A stretch of DNA of 64,000 nt from Torpedo marmorata. Its lineage: Eukaryota. Every line of letters begins with the position of its first letter. Positions within the stretch are counted from its first letter, which is position 1. This document shows positions 51,946-62,567 of the stretch, one piece after another. Where the stretch lies: positions 131,316,001 to 131,380,000 of the forward strand of contig OZ360227.1 of assembly GCA_977017645.1 (NCBI GenBank), read 5' to 3'. The notes under the pieces are model-generated. The model made no database searches and was not told where the DNA came from. It saw only the letters and a list, made by a program, of their open reading frames with translations. Both the position numbers and the translations under genes were made by a program.

Positions 51946-52195
51946 TGATAGGCCTATCAATAAGAACTCAAATACTATGAGTGTGAACGAACCATAGGCT
52001 TTTATTACCTTAAAACAGTGCAGTAGTTTCCTGCAGATCTGACCCGGACTGAGGGAGTGGCCGTGGCACAGTGGCCTTCATTCAGGTGAAGAAAGGGGAG
52101 GGATTACCTGGACACCCAAGGGAGGGGAGGGAGTAGACATCGGGACAGCCTGCAGTACATACCTATACCACACTACTAAACAGTGGTTTACCACA
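51946..52195 (-). repeat. Gypsy 3' LTR
   Basis: Direct repeat of 56157-56406; about 7 mismatches by eye. Confidence 0.95.
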
Positions 52196-52210
52196 TTCAC
52201 CCCTCCTTTT
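52196..52210 (-). other. Polypurine tract
   Basis: Minus strand AAAAGGAGGGGTGAA directly before the 3' LTR TGTGG. Confidence 0.85.
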
Positions 52211-52300
52211 TAAAAAAGAGTCCAGCGGGGTGACGCGACCACTCTAACTATGTTACAGAAAAGAAAACCATACAGAATTATATACAAGCAATTTCACAGG

Positions 52301-55300
52301 TCAAGGCGATCCGGCGGTCGAATTTTCCGCTGTGACCTGCGTAGTGGCGGGGCGGGTTGTGGTGATGGGGGGATGGTAGGGTTGTCTGTGCAGTCGCCTC
52401 CTGCCTGGCTTCTTGAAGTGTCTGTGGTCCCGGCGAGGGGGCTGGCTCTGACGCACTGGGTGGGGAATTAGGGGGGGTTGCAGCAGGTGGTCTTGCCCGT
52501 CGGGATGTTCTTCCGGTGCCTCAGCGGGCGCCAGATCCCGAATCGAGACAGTGTCCTCTCGCCCATCCGGGAAGACCACGTATGCATATTGTGGGTTGGC
52601 GTGCGCCAACTGCACCCTCTGGACTGCCGGCTCATATTTGCTGCTCCGAAGGTGATTGCGGAGCAGCACTGGTCCCGGGGACGTCAGCCAGGCAGGTAGG
52701 GCAGTTCCGGTGGTCGACTTCCTGGGGAAGGAAAAAAATCGTTCATGAGGGGTTGCGTTGGTGGAAGTGCACAGCAGGGACCGGATAGAATGGAGGGCTT
52801 CGGGGAGGACATCCTGCCAGCGGGAGACCGGCCATCCTTTGGACTTGAGAGCCAGGAGCGCCGCCTTCCAGACAGTCGCGTTCTCCCTTTCCACCTGTCC
52901 ATTTCCCCGGGGGTTGTATCCGGTGGTCCTGCTAGTGGCGATGCCTCGGGCCTGCAGGTACCGTCGCAGCTCCTCACTCATGAAAGCTGCTCCCCGGTCG
53001 CTATGGATATAGTTTGGGAAACCAAACAGCGTGAATACCTGGTGGAGAGCTTTTATGGTAGAGGTAGCCGACGTGTCGGGGCAGGGGATGGCGAAGGGGA
53101 ACCGCGAGTACTCATCAATGATATTCAAGAAGTACACGTTGCGGTTCATGGAGGGGAGGGGGCCCTTGAAGTCAATACTGAGACGTTCAAAAGGGCGGGT
53201 GGCTTTGATCAGCTGTGCCTTGTCGGGGCGGTAGAACTGGGGTTTGCACTCCGCGCAAACCCGGCAACTGCTGATCATTGTCCTGACCTCTTCCAGGGAG
53301 TATGGCAGGTTCTGTGACTTCACAAAGTGAAAGAGCCTGGTAATTCCTGGGTGGGCGTGTAATCGGTCGATCTGCGCGCTGGCGCATGATCCCCGGGATA
53401 GAGCATTGGAGGGCTCATTGAGCTTCCCGGACCGGTAAAGGATGTCGTAATTGTAGGTGGAGAGTTCTATTCTCCACCTCATGATCTTATCATTTTTGAT
53501 CTTACCCCGCTGCTGGTTGTTGAACATAAATGCCACCGAGCGTTGGTCGGTCAGCAGGGTAAAATGCTTGCCGGCGAGATAGTGCTTCCAGTGCCTGATT
53601 GCTTCCACTATGGCCTGGGCTTCCTTCTCCACCGCGGAGTGCCGAATTTCGGGGCCTTGAAGGGTCCGTGAGAAAAACGCCACCGGCCTTCCCGCCTGGT
53701 TGAGGGTAGCAGCAAGCGCGAAGTCCGATGCGTCGCTCTCTACCTGAAAAGGTGTCTCTTCATCCACCGCGTGCATTGTTGCTCGCGCAATGTCCCCTTT
53801 TATAAGGTCAAACGCCTCACGTGCCTCCGAAGCAAGGGGAAATGCGGTGGATTTCACCAGGGGTCGGGCCTTATCCGCATAATTTGGAACCCACTGTGCA
53901 TAATATGAGAAGAACCCGAGGCATCGTTTGAGTGCTTTGGGTGTGGAGGGAAGTGGAAGTTCCAGCAGGGGCCGCATGCGGTCGGGGTCGGGTCCAATCA
54001 CCCCGTTCTCTACCACATACCCCAAAATAGCGAGGCGGGTGGTACCGAACACACATTTTTCTTTATTATATGTCAGGTTTAGTGCTTTGGCCGCCTGCAG
54101 GAACCTCCGGAGGTTGTTGTCGTGGTCCTGACGATCCAGACCACAGATGGTAATATCATCCAGGTACGGGAAAGTGGCCTTAAGTTTATAATGGTCCACA
54201 ATCCTGTCCATCTCCCGTTGGAATACCGATACCCCATTCGTGACCCCGAAAGGAACACAAAGGAAATGGAACAGCCTACCATCTGCCTCGAACGCAGTGT
54301 ACGGCTGGTCCTCCTTTCGGATAGGGAGCTGGTGATATGCGGATTTCAGGTCTATGGTGGAAAAGAACCTATATTGGGCTATCTGATTCACTATATCCGC
54401 TATTCGTGGTAGCGGATATGCGTCCAACTGTGTGAATCGATTAATAGTCTGACTGTAATCCACCACCATCCTACTCTTGGCCCCTTTTACTACGACTACC
54501 TGTGCCCTCCAGGGACTATTACTCCTCTCAATAATCCCCTCCTGTAATAATCTCTGCACCTCCGTCTTGATAAACGCCCTGTCGCCCGAACTGTATCGCC
54601 TGCTCTTGGTTGCCACAGGCTTGCAGTCAGGGGTTAGGTTGGCGAATAGCGACGGGGGCGAGATCTTAAGAGTGGAGAGGCCACAGGTAGTCTGGGGCGT
54701 GTTACTCAGGAACTGGTGGTTTGCTACAGTGATCGCAGGGTGGGGACCGTCATACCGCATCGTGACACTCCGTAAGTGGCTCTGAAAATCAAGGCCTAAT
54801 AACACAGGTGCACACAAACGATTCATAATAAACAAAGAAAATTGGCGATACTCAGTCCCTTGTACCACAATATTTGCCACACAAGCCCCCCGGATGTCTG
54901 TTGTGTGTGCCCCAGACGCCATGGCCACCCTCTGGCTTACCGGTATGGTAGTGAGGCCACAGCGCTGGACAGTGTCCGGGTGGATGAAGCTCTCCGTACT
55001 GCCCGTATCGAAGAGACAGGTGGTTTTGTGCCCCTCCACCAGGATGTCCATCATGGATCTCGATAGCTGGTGGGGAACACTCTGGTCAAGAGTGACTGAT
55101 GCCAGGGTTGGTATGTAGTCATCTTGATCTGCCGTTGTTAAAGATGGCCGCTCCCGTGGATTGCACGTGTCGCTGCTGCTCGCGCTGCAAGATGGCGGTG
55201 GTAGTAATGCCGGAAGTAGAGACGCAGGCCTACTAGATGGCGGCGCCGGAAGTGCCAGCATCAAAGATGGCCGCCTCCACTCTTCGCACGAGGTCTTCGC

Positions 55301-56131
55301 CGGAAGTGCCAGCAGGTAAGATGGCCACTCCCGCAGCTCGCATGCGGAGCTGCTCGGACCCGGGCGCGACTTGGAGCGGCAGGCCTTCGCGTAATGGCCT
55401 TTCTTGCCGCAGCTAGAACAAGTCGCATCGCGGGCCGGGCAGCGTTTCCTCGGGTGTTTATCGAGCCCGCAGAAGTAACACTTCTCGGGCTCGCGGTTAA
55501 CGGCAGCGGCGGTGAGGATCGCGGTAGCGATCGGATCGCTACAAACGGCGGCGGCAGTCAGTTCGTTGGCAGGGCTGGGGGATGGGGCTGACCACGCTGC
55601 GGGCTGGGGGTCGCGCACCTGCATGGCGTCGGAGTTCCGCAGCGCGGACGCCAGCGTGTGGACCATCGAGACCGCCCCACGAAAGTCCAGGTCGGCGTGC
55701 TCCAGCAGCCTCTGGCGCACGTATACCGACCTGATCCCCATGATGAAAGCGTCTCTCTCCAACACTCCAACGTGTTCCTCAGCCGTTAGAGCTTTACAGT
55801 CGCAAGCTCGTGCTAGCGACTGTATGTCCCTGACATACTCTACGGTCGACTCCCAGGCTCGCTGCTTCCGCGAAAAGAGTCTATACCTCGCGTTGACTGG
55901 AGTCAGGTAGATTCTTTTCAGTGCATCCATCGCCTCCGTATAGGTTCTACAGTCTCTCACCGTTGAGAATACCCGAGAGCTCACCCTGGACACGAGGACC
56001 CTTTGTTGCTGCTCCTCGCTTTCAGCTTCGATGGTGAGCATAAAGGACTCTAGCCAGTATTCAAATGAGTTACTGGCATCAGGAGCTAGATGATCGATGT
56101 CCAGACGGTCCGGTCTTAGAGCCCCTTCCAT
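52301..56131 (-). CDS. Gypsy Gag-Pol polyprotein, 1276 aa
   Basis: Tandem Cys-His knuckles CYFCGLDKHPRKRC and CSSCGKKGHYAKAC; protease LFDTGS; RT IDLKSAYHQ and YLDD; RNase H ESDASD; integrase HPG..CRVC, IDEYSRF, IHSDRG, GQVERE. Confidence 0.95.
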   Translation of the reverse strand: MEGALRPDRLDIDHLAPDASNSFEYWLESFMLTIEAESEEQQQRVLVSRVSSRVFSTVRDCRTYTEAMDALKRIYLTPVNARYRLFSRKQRAWESTVEYVRDIQSLARACDCKALTAEEHVGVLERDAFIMGIRSVYVRQRLLEHADLDFRGAVSMVHTLASALRNSDAMQVRDPQPAAWSAPSPSPANELTAAAVCSDPIATAILTAAAVNREPEKCYFCGLDKHPRKRCPARDATCSSCGKKGHYAKACRSKSRPGPSSSACELREWPSYLLALPAKTSCEEWRRPSLMLALPAPPSSRPASLLPALLPPPSCSASSSDTCNPRERPSLTTADQDDYIPTLASVTLDQSVPHQLSRSMMDILVEGHKTTCLFDTGSTESFIHPDTVQRCGLTTIPVSQRVAMASGAHTTDIRGACVANIVVQGTEYRQFSLFIMNRLCAPVLLGLDFQSHLRSVTMRYDGPHPAITVANHQFLSNTPQTTCGLSTLKISPPSLFANLTPDCKPVATKSRRYSSGDRAFIKTEVQRLLQEGIIERSNSPWRAQVVVVKGAKSRMVVDYSQTINRFTQLDAYPLPRIADIVNQIAQYRFFSTIDLKSAYHQLPIRKEDQPYTAFEADGRLFHFLCVPFGVTNGVSVFQREMDRIVDHYKLKATFPYLDDITICGLDRQDHDNNLRRFLQAAKALNLTYNKEKCVFGTTRLAILGYVVENGVIGPDPDRMRPLLELPLPSTPKALKRCLGFFSYYAQWVPNYADKARPLVKSTAFPLASEAREAFDLIKGDIARATMHAVDEETPFQVESDASDFALAATLNQAGRPVAFFSRTLQGPEIRHSAVEKEAQAIVEAIRHWKHYLAGKHFTLLTDQRSVAFMFNNQQRGKIKNDKIMRWRIELSTYNYDILYRSGKLNEPSNALSRGSCASAQIDRLHAHPGITRLFHFVKSQNLPYSLEEVRTMISSCRVCAECKPQFYRPDKAQLIKATRPFERLSIDFKGPLPSMNRNVYFLNIIDEYSRFPFAIPCPDTSATSTIKALHQVFTLFGFPNYIHSDRGAAFMSEELRRYLQARGIATSRTTGYNPRGNGQVERENATVWKAALLALKSKGWPVSRWQDVLPEALHSIRSLLCTSTNATPHERFFSFPRKSTTGTALPAWLTSPGPVLLRNHLRSSKYEPAVQRVQLAHANPQYAYVVFPDGREDTVSIRDLAPAEAPEEHPDGQDHLLQPPLIPHPVRQSQPPRRDHRHFKKPGRRRLHRQPYHPPITTTRPATTQVTAENSTAGSP

Positions 56132-56156
56132 CAGATTTTTATTAAGGTAATAAAAT

Positions 56157-56406
56157 TGATAGGCCTATCAATAAGAACTCAAAGACTATGAGTGTGAACG
56201 AACCATAGGCTTTTATTACCTTAAAACAGTGCAGTAGTTTCCTGCAGATCTGACCCGGACTGAGGGAGTGGCCGTGGCACAGTGGACTTTATTCAGGTGA
56301 GAAAAGGGGAGGGATTACCTGGACACCCAAGGGAGGGGAGGGAGTAGATATCGGGACATCCTGCAGTACATACCTATACCACACTACTAAACAGTGGTTT
56401 ACCACA
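56157..56406 (-). repeat. Gypsy 5' LTR
   Basis: Minus strand TGTGGTAAACC...TGATAGGCCTATCA; contains AATAAA; lies 25 nt upstream of the gag ATG. Confidence 0.95.
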
Positions 56407-57533
56407 GTCATGATACCTGCATTGAAAATCAACTGATGGAAGTTTTAGAATTGCTGCTCACTGTGGCAATGGATTAGAAAACTGGTAGAACATATTCAAT
56501 CATCTTTCACGGGATCCATTTGCATCTCACTGCAGCTCCGTTAAGAACCTGTCTGTAACCGTACAGATCCGTTCATTGCTCTTACATTTCCATCTGGCAG
56601 GATAGATGTGCTGAGTTTAAGCTTGGCTGCCGTAAATCAGTTTTACAAGATAAACATTGTCGAGTTGTTTACTTAAAAATTGACATTTAGGTCCAAAGAT
56701 TACACAATAGAGATCACATTTCCTTCAAAAATGAGACCATTTAAGAGCATTTTATGTTCATATCTTTCTGCTCTTCAATGGATTTGCCTGTGCGAGTGCT
56801 TCTATATTGCTTAATAATATAGAGAATCGCTGCTCAAACACCAGGCAACAAATGGATACCAACAAACATATGTTCATCAAACACAACTGAAAGGGGAATA
56901 ATTATTAAATAATTCATTCCTATTGGTTGCGATATTGCTTCTTAACTGTAGAAATTACATTTCCCAGGGAAGTGCTGAAGAGACAGACAGTGTTGACCCT
57001 CGGGATATCATGAGCGTCACTTTGAGAAAATATGCACCAATGAAATTGAAAGTGAAATCTGGCATGTTCCCTCTTGTTTCCTCTCCTTTTCAAATGATGG
57101 ATAATGTGTGATGGCAATTCCGACTACTTGCTGTACTTGAACATTGATGAACGTTGATTACTATCACTAATTTGCATCGAAATATTGAACTTATTCATGT
57201 TGGTTAGTGCTTTGAGATTACAGCACAATGTAGACTCATGTGGTTTTCAGCAAAAGAATATTCCCCATCTCTTGTAAAGTCAAAGCATTGAATATGATGG
57301 CAAAGATCATTTTCCTGTGTGCATGGAACATAACAGACAAAATTCACCGTTTGTAGTTTGAGGAATCCTAAGCAGGCAACTAACTTTCTTGTAATCTCAG
57401 TGCCTGTCTTGTAATGGTGAGATTTCCAGAGAGGAATTTTTTAAAATACGAAGTTCAAGAAATACTTTTCTAATACCAAAAGGCCTTATCATTGCATCAT
57501 GGAACAATCACTGTGAAAATATACTGCTCTTAC

Positions 57534-57557
57534 CTGTTGGGCCTCCTGTAACTGCAC
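57534..57557 (-). CDS. Microexon A, unit 15 (GAVTGGPT)
   Basis: Consensus exon A, splice sites intact. Confidence 0.65.
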
Positions 57558-58574
57558 CTGTAAAAGAGATTATTGTACAATTTAGCTCAAACGTCAAATG
57601 TTCAACATAATCTAAATATGCAGATTGTATCTGATTATGGGCCACTTGTAATGCACTTCATTCTCATTAAAGTATTGGCTAAAAAATTCCTTTATATTTA
57701 GTTAATAGTACACAGTGCCTGGGCTTTATCTCAATGACCATTCTGGTTATTTAAGTTTACTCTCCATCATCCTGCCGGCCCTTCTCATACCCAAGTAAAT
57801 AATTATTCCCCATGTGGCACAATCAGTGGGTTGAACAGTTGATAATCAGCTCTTTTATTCTGACATAAAAGCCAAATTATGTGAATGTATGTTTCCAAGA
57901 TACTGAAATTAAGGCTCTACAAGTGATTAACTCTCCATTGCGCCTAAAGAAGCTAATCACTGCTGTTGGAAAGATGTTCTGATTCATGTTGAGAATGTCA
58001 AAAATCTCTGTCACTCAGTATCACTGTAACATTCCTTCTTTAGAATATGTATCCAAGTTCAAGCAAGTAGCTATTAAGTTCACCTATCCCTTCATACATT
58101 CTAGAATTGGGTGATGTTCCTCAACAAGGTTTTTTGCATTTTGCCTGCCACATGTCTACTTCATACAACAGTTATACGTTCCCAAGCCCTCCTTAACTGT
58201 TGTGGACAAGTAGTTGGTGAGAGCATAAGGTCAGTTTTACTATTTAACGGCAACAGAAAAGTAAATGCAATTTTGGACAGTTTTGTTCATTTTCCTAAAC
58301 GTTTAAAGATTTGTCAAGTGTGTTTTCGTAGCGTGACCCTGAAATTGAAAGAAGATTAGTATTGATATTTCAACTGGAAATTAAGAGTATTCAATTTACT
58401 GCCCATTATTAACTGGAACAAGAACTTAAATTCAAGAATGAGCGCAAACAATCTTTATGTGTGTGAATTGAGCAATATGAACAAAGTTCCACACTTTTTG
58501 TCCAAAGTATTCATTTAAATAAGTTCCGTCTATTCCCTCCAGAGCAATCAGAACAGTCATATATGTCGTCATAC

Positions 58575-58598
58575 CTGTTGGGGATGGTGATGCAGTTT
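58575..58598 (-). CDS. Microexon B, unit 16 (ETASPSPT)
   Basis: Exon B variant ..TCCCCAACAG|gtatga. Confidence 0.65.
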
Positions 58599-59965
58599 CT
58601 GTGAAAGAGAATAATATTAAAGTTAAAATGGAACTATCAGATGCAGAATTTTGCATGTCGTTCAGATTTCAACAAAGGCATGTCATTCTCAGATAATGGG
58701 GCTGTTTTGGTTATATGTCTCAGATCTTCAAAACCCAACTTAGAGAGAGGATGTTATCGACTGCAATTGACGTTGAGAGGCAGAACATTGTATTTCAATC
58801 ACGAGTGATTGAAACTTCATGTCAGCAAACATTCTTGTGAAGCAGGTGAACACATTATTCACCATACAGCACAATCAATGCTGTGAAGAGTATGTTTTCA
58901 GGTCATGATACCTGCATTGAAAATCAACTGATGGAAGTTTTAGAATTGCTGCTCACTGTGGCAATGGATTAGAAAACTGGTAGAACATATTCAATCATCT
59001 TTCACAGGATCCATTTGCATCTCACTGCAGCTCCGTTAAGAACCTGTCTGTAACCGTACAGATCCGTTCATTGCTCTTACATTTCCATCTGGCAGGATAG
59101 ATGTGCTGAGTTTAACCTTGGCTGCCGTAAATCAGTTTTACAAGATAAACATTGTCGAGTTGCTGACTTAAAAATTGACATTTAGGTCCAAAGATTACCC
59201 AATAGAGATCTCATTTCCTTCAAATATGTGACCATTTAAGAGCATTTTACGTTCATATCTTTCTGCTCTTCAATGGATTTGCCTGTGCGAGTGCCTCTAT
59301 ATTGCTTCATAACATGGATAATCGCTGCTCAAACAACAGGCAACAAATGGATACCAACAAACATATGTTCATCAAACACAACTGAAAGGGGAATAATTAT
59401 TAAACAATTCATTCCTATTGGTTGCGATATTGCTTCTTAACTGGAGAAATTACATTTCCCAGGGAAGTGCTGAAGAGACAGACAGTTTTGACCCTCGGGA
59501 TATCATGAGCGTCACTTTGAGAAAATATGCACCAATGAAATTGAAAGTGAAATCTGGCATGTTCCCTCTTGTTTCCTCTCCTTTTCAAATGATGGATAAT
59601 GTGTGATGGCAATTCCGACTACTTGCTGTACTTGAACATTGATGAACGTTGATTACTATCACTAATTTGCATCGAAATATTGAACTTATTCATGTTGGTT
59701 AGTGCTTTGAGATTACAGCACAATGTAGACTCATGTGGTTTTCAGCAAAATAATATTCCCCATCTCATGTAAAGTCAAAGCATTGAATATGATGGCAAAG
59801 ATCATTTTCCTGTGTGCATGGAACATAACAGACAAAATTCACCGTTTGTAGTTTGAGGAATCCTAAGCAGGCAACTAACTTTCTTGTAATCTCAGTGCCT
59901 GTCTTGTAATGGTGAGATTTCCAGAGAGGAATTTTTTAAAATACGAAGTTCAAGAAATACTTTTC

Positions 59966-62255
59966 ATTTTGTGAAACAAATTTAAACTCCGTGTCTGATA
60001 AATTTGTAATATGGGAAACTTTGAAAGTATATTTAAGAGGTCAAATCATAAGTTACTCTTCAAAAATTAAAAAGGATTATATGAGAGAAATAGACCAATT
60101 AGAAAAAGAAATAACGATTCTGGAAAAGGATTTACAAAAGATGAGCTCTGTAGATAAACGTAGACAACTAACCAATAAAAAACTTCAATATAATATGTTA
60201 CAGACTTATAGAATGGAGAAGACTATTATAAGAACTAAGCAAAGATATTATGAGTTAGGAGAACGCTCACATAAAGTATTAGCATGGCAGTTAAAAACAG
60301 AACAGGCATCAAGAACAATTAATGCAGTTAAAACTGAGGCTGATGTTATTAGTTATAAGCCTCAAATAATAAACAATTCTTTTAAAAAATTCCATTCTGA
60401 TTTATATAAATCAGAATCTCTGCAAGATGATAGTAAAATTGATGGATATCTATCACAGATATATTTACCAAGTTTAAACACGCAAGAGCAATTAGAATTA
60501 AGTACCCAGTTTACGCAGAGGGAAGTGAAAGATGCAATGAGTTCATTACAAAGTAATAAAGCACCGGGGGAGGATGGTTTTCCACCAGAGTTTTATAAAG
60601 AATTTAAGGAATTATTAATTCCTATTTTCATGGATATGTTACAACAAGCATCTGTGACGCATACACTTCCAGAAACTTTTTCTACTGCAATAATTACAGT
60701 AATACCAAAAAAAGATAGAGACCCTTTGAAACCTTCATCGTATAGGCCAATTTCATTAATGAATGCAGATTATAAGATTGTGGCGAAAATCTTGGCAAAT
60801 AGGATAACAAATTTTTTGCCAAAATTAGTAAACATGGATCAAACAGGCTTTGTAAAAAATAGACAAGCAGCTGACAATGTAGCAAGGTTACTTAGTATTA
60901 TTCATTTAGCTCAAAAAAGGAAAGTACTAAGTGTAGCAGTGGCACTAGATGCAGAGAAAGCTTTTGATAGATTGGAGTGGGACTTTTTGTTTAAAGTATT
61001 GGAGAAATTTGGATTTGGGAAGACTTAAATAGATTGAATTAAAGCATTATATAATGCTCCAAAAGCTAAAGTAGTGACTAATGGACAAATATCAACTTTG
61101 TTTTGCCTGACAAGTTCTAGCCGACAGGGATGCCCGTTGTCACCAGCTTTATTTATATTAGCTATAGAACCGTTAGCAGAGGCAATTAGAAGTGATTTGG
61201 CAATTAAGGGATTTACAGTTGGTCAAAAGCAACATAAAATTAGTTTATTTGCGGATGATGTTTTAATATACTTGACGGAGCCTGAGACTTATTTGCAAAG
61301 ATTACATTTTAAATTGGAGGAATATGGGAAAGGCTCTGGTTATAAGATAAACTGGGATAAAAGTGAAATTATGCCCCTTACAGAGGGAGATTATACTTTA
61401 TGTAAAAGAAGTACCCAGTTTAAATGGCCACATAAGGGAAATAAATATCTTGGGGTTCGAACAGATAATAAATTAAAAAATTTATATAAATTGAATTATA
61501 TACCATTGCTTAAAAAAATTAAAGAAGACTTGGAGAAATGGATTAATTTATCCATCACACTGATTGGAAGAGTTAACTGTATTAAAATGAATATATTTCC
61601 AAGGATACAGTACTTGTATCAAACTATACCTATTTTATTACCACAGGCTTTTTTTCAGGATTTAAATAAACAAGTGCGAACATTTCTTTGGAAAGGTAAA
61701 ATGTCAAGAGTTTCTATGGAACGTCTAACATGGAAATATGAACTGGGGGGTCTACAACTCCCTAATTTTAAGAATTATTATCGAGCGGCACAAAGGAGAT
61801 TTGTTACTTCTTTTTTTGAAAGTGAAGGAAGACCTGCATGGGTTGGAATAGAGCTTGGTGAAATAGGAGAAAGGGCACCAGAAGAATTTATATACAAATG
61901 GAACTCAAAATTATTGATAGGTGCTAAAGAAACGCCGTTGTTAAAACATTTGATTAATGCTTGGAACAAGATTAATGATGAGATAGGGATGAAAGGAATC
62001 ATATCACCCAAAATGTCTTTGATACAGAATAATCTTATACCATTTACAAAAGATAATCAATTTTTAAATATATGGTCACAGAAAGGAATATAGAAGATAG
62101 AAGATTGTTATGAAGGGAACCAGCTGATGTCGTTTGTACAATTACGGAATAAATATGGAATACCCAATAACACTCTCTTTTGTTATTTTCAATTAAGAGG
62201 TTATTTAAGAGAAAAACTAGGTCCAGATATGTTGTTACAAGATTGTAGTGAGGTA
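59966..62255 (+). mobile_element. L1 ORF2 internal fragment of a third subfamily; no TSD, no tail, replaces ~0.8 kb of the array
   Basis: WETLKVYLRG..YRPISLMNADYK..LDAEKAFD..RQGCPLSP..LFADD with in-frame stops. The left flank stops at unit position ~2097 (acttttc) and the right flank resumes at unit position ~397 (gcaattttgg). Confidence 0.93.
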
Positions 62256-62567
62256 GCAATTTTGGACAGTTTTGTTCATTTTCCTAAACGTTTAAAGATT
62301 TGTCAAGTGTGTTTTCGTAGTGTGATCCCGAAATTGAAAGAAGATTAGTATTGATATTTCAACTGGAAATTAAGAGTATTCAATTTACTGCCCATTATTA
62401 ACTGGAACAAGGACTTAAATTCAAGAATGAGCGCAAACATTCTTTATGTGCGTGAATTGAGCAATATGAACAAAGTTCCACACTTTTTGTCCAAAGAATA
62501 CATGATATTAAATAAGTTCCGTCTATTCCCTCCAGAGCAATCAGAACAGTCATATATGTCGTCATAC

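Larger units (their letters stand above)
51946..56406 (-). mobile_element. Full-length Ty3/Gypsy LTR retrotransposon (Mag-like gag)
   Basis: Two 250-bp LTRs with TG..CA ends, a 5-bp TSD (ttcat 51941-51945 and gtcat 56407-56411; unit consensus gtcat), a PPT, and a single gag-pol ORF in PR-RT-RH-IN order. Confidence 0.97.

Noticed and set aside
52250-55910. Many + strand and alternate-frame ORFs over the Gypsy element (and over Rex1 at 38977-40937)
   Set aside because: Antisense shadows of GC-rich coding sequence.
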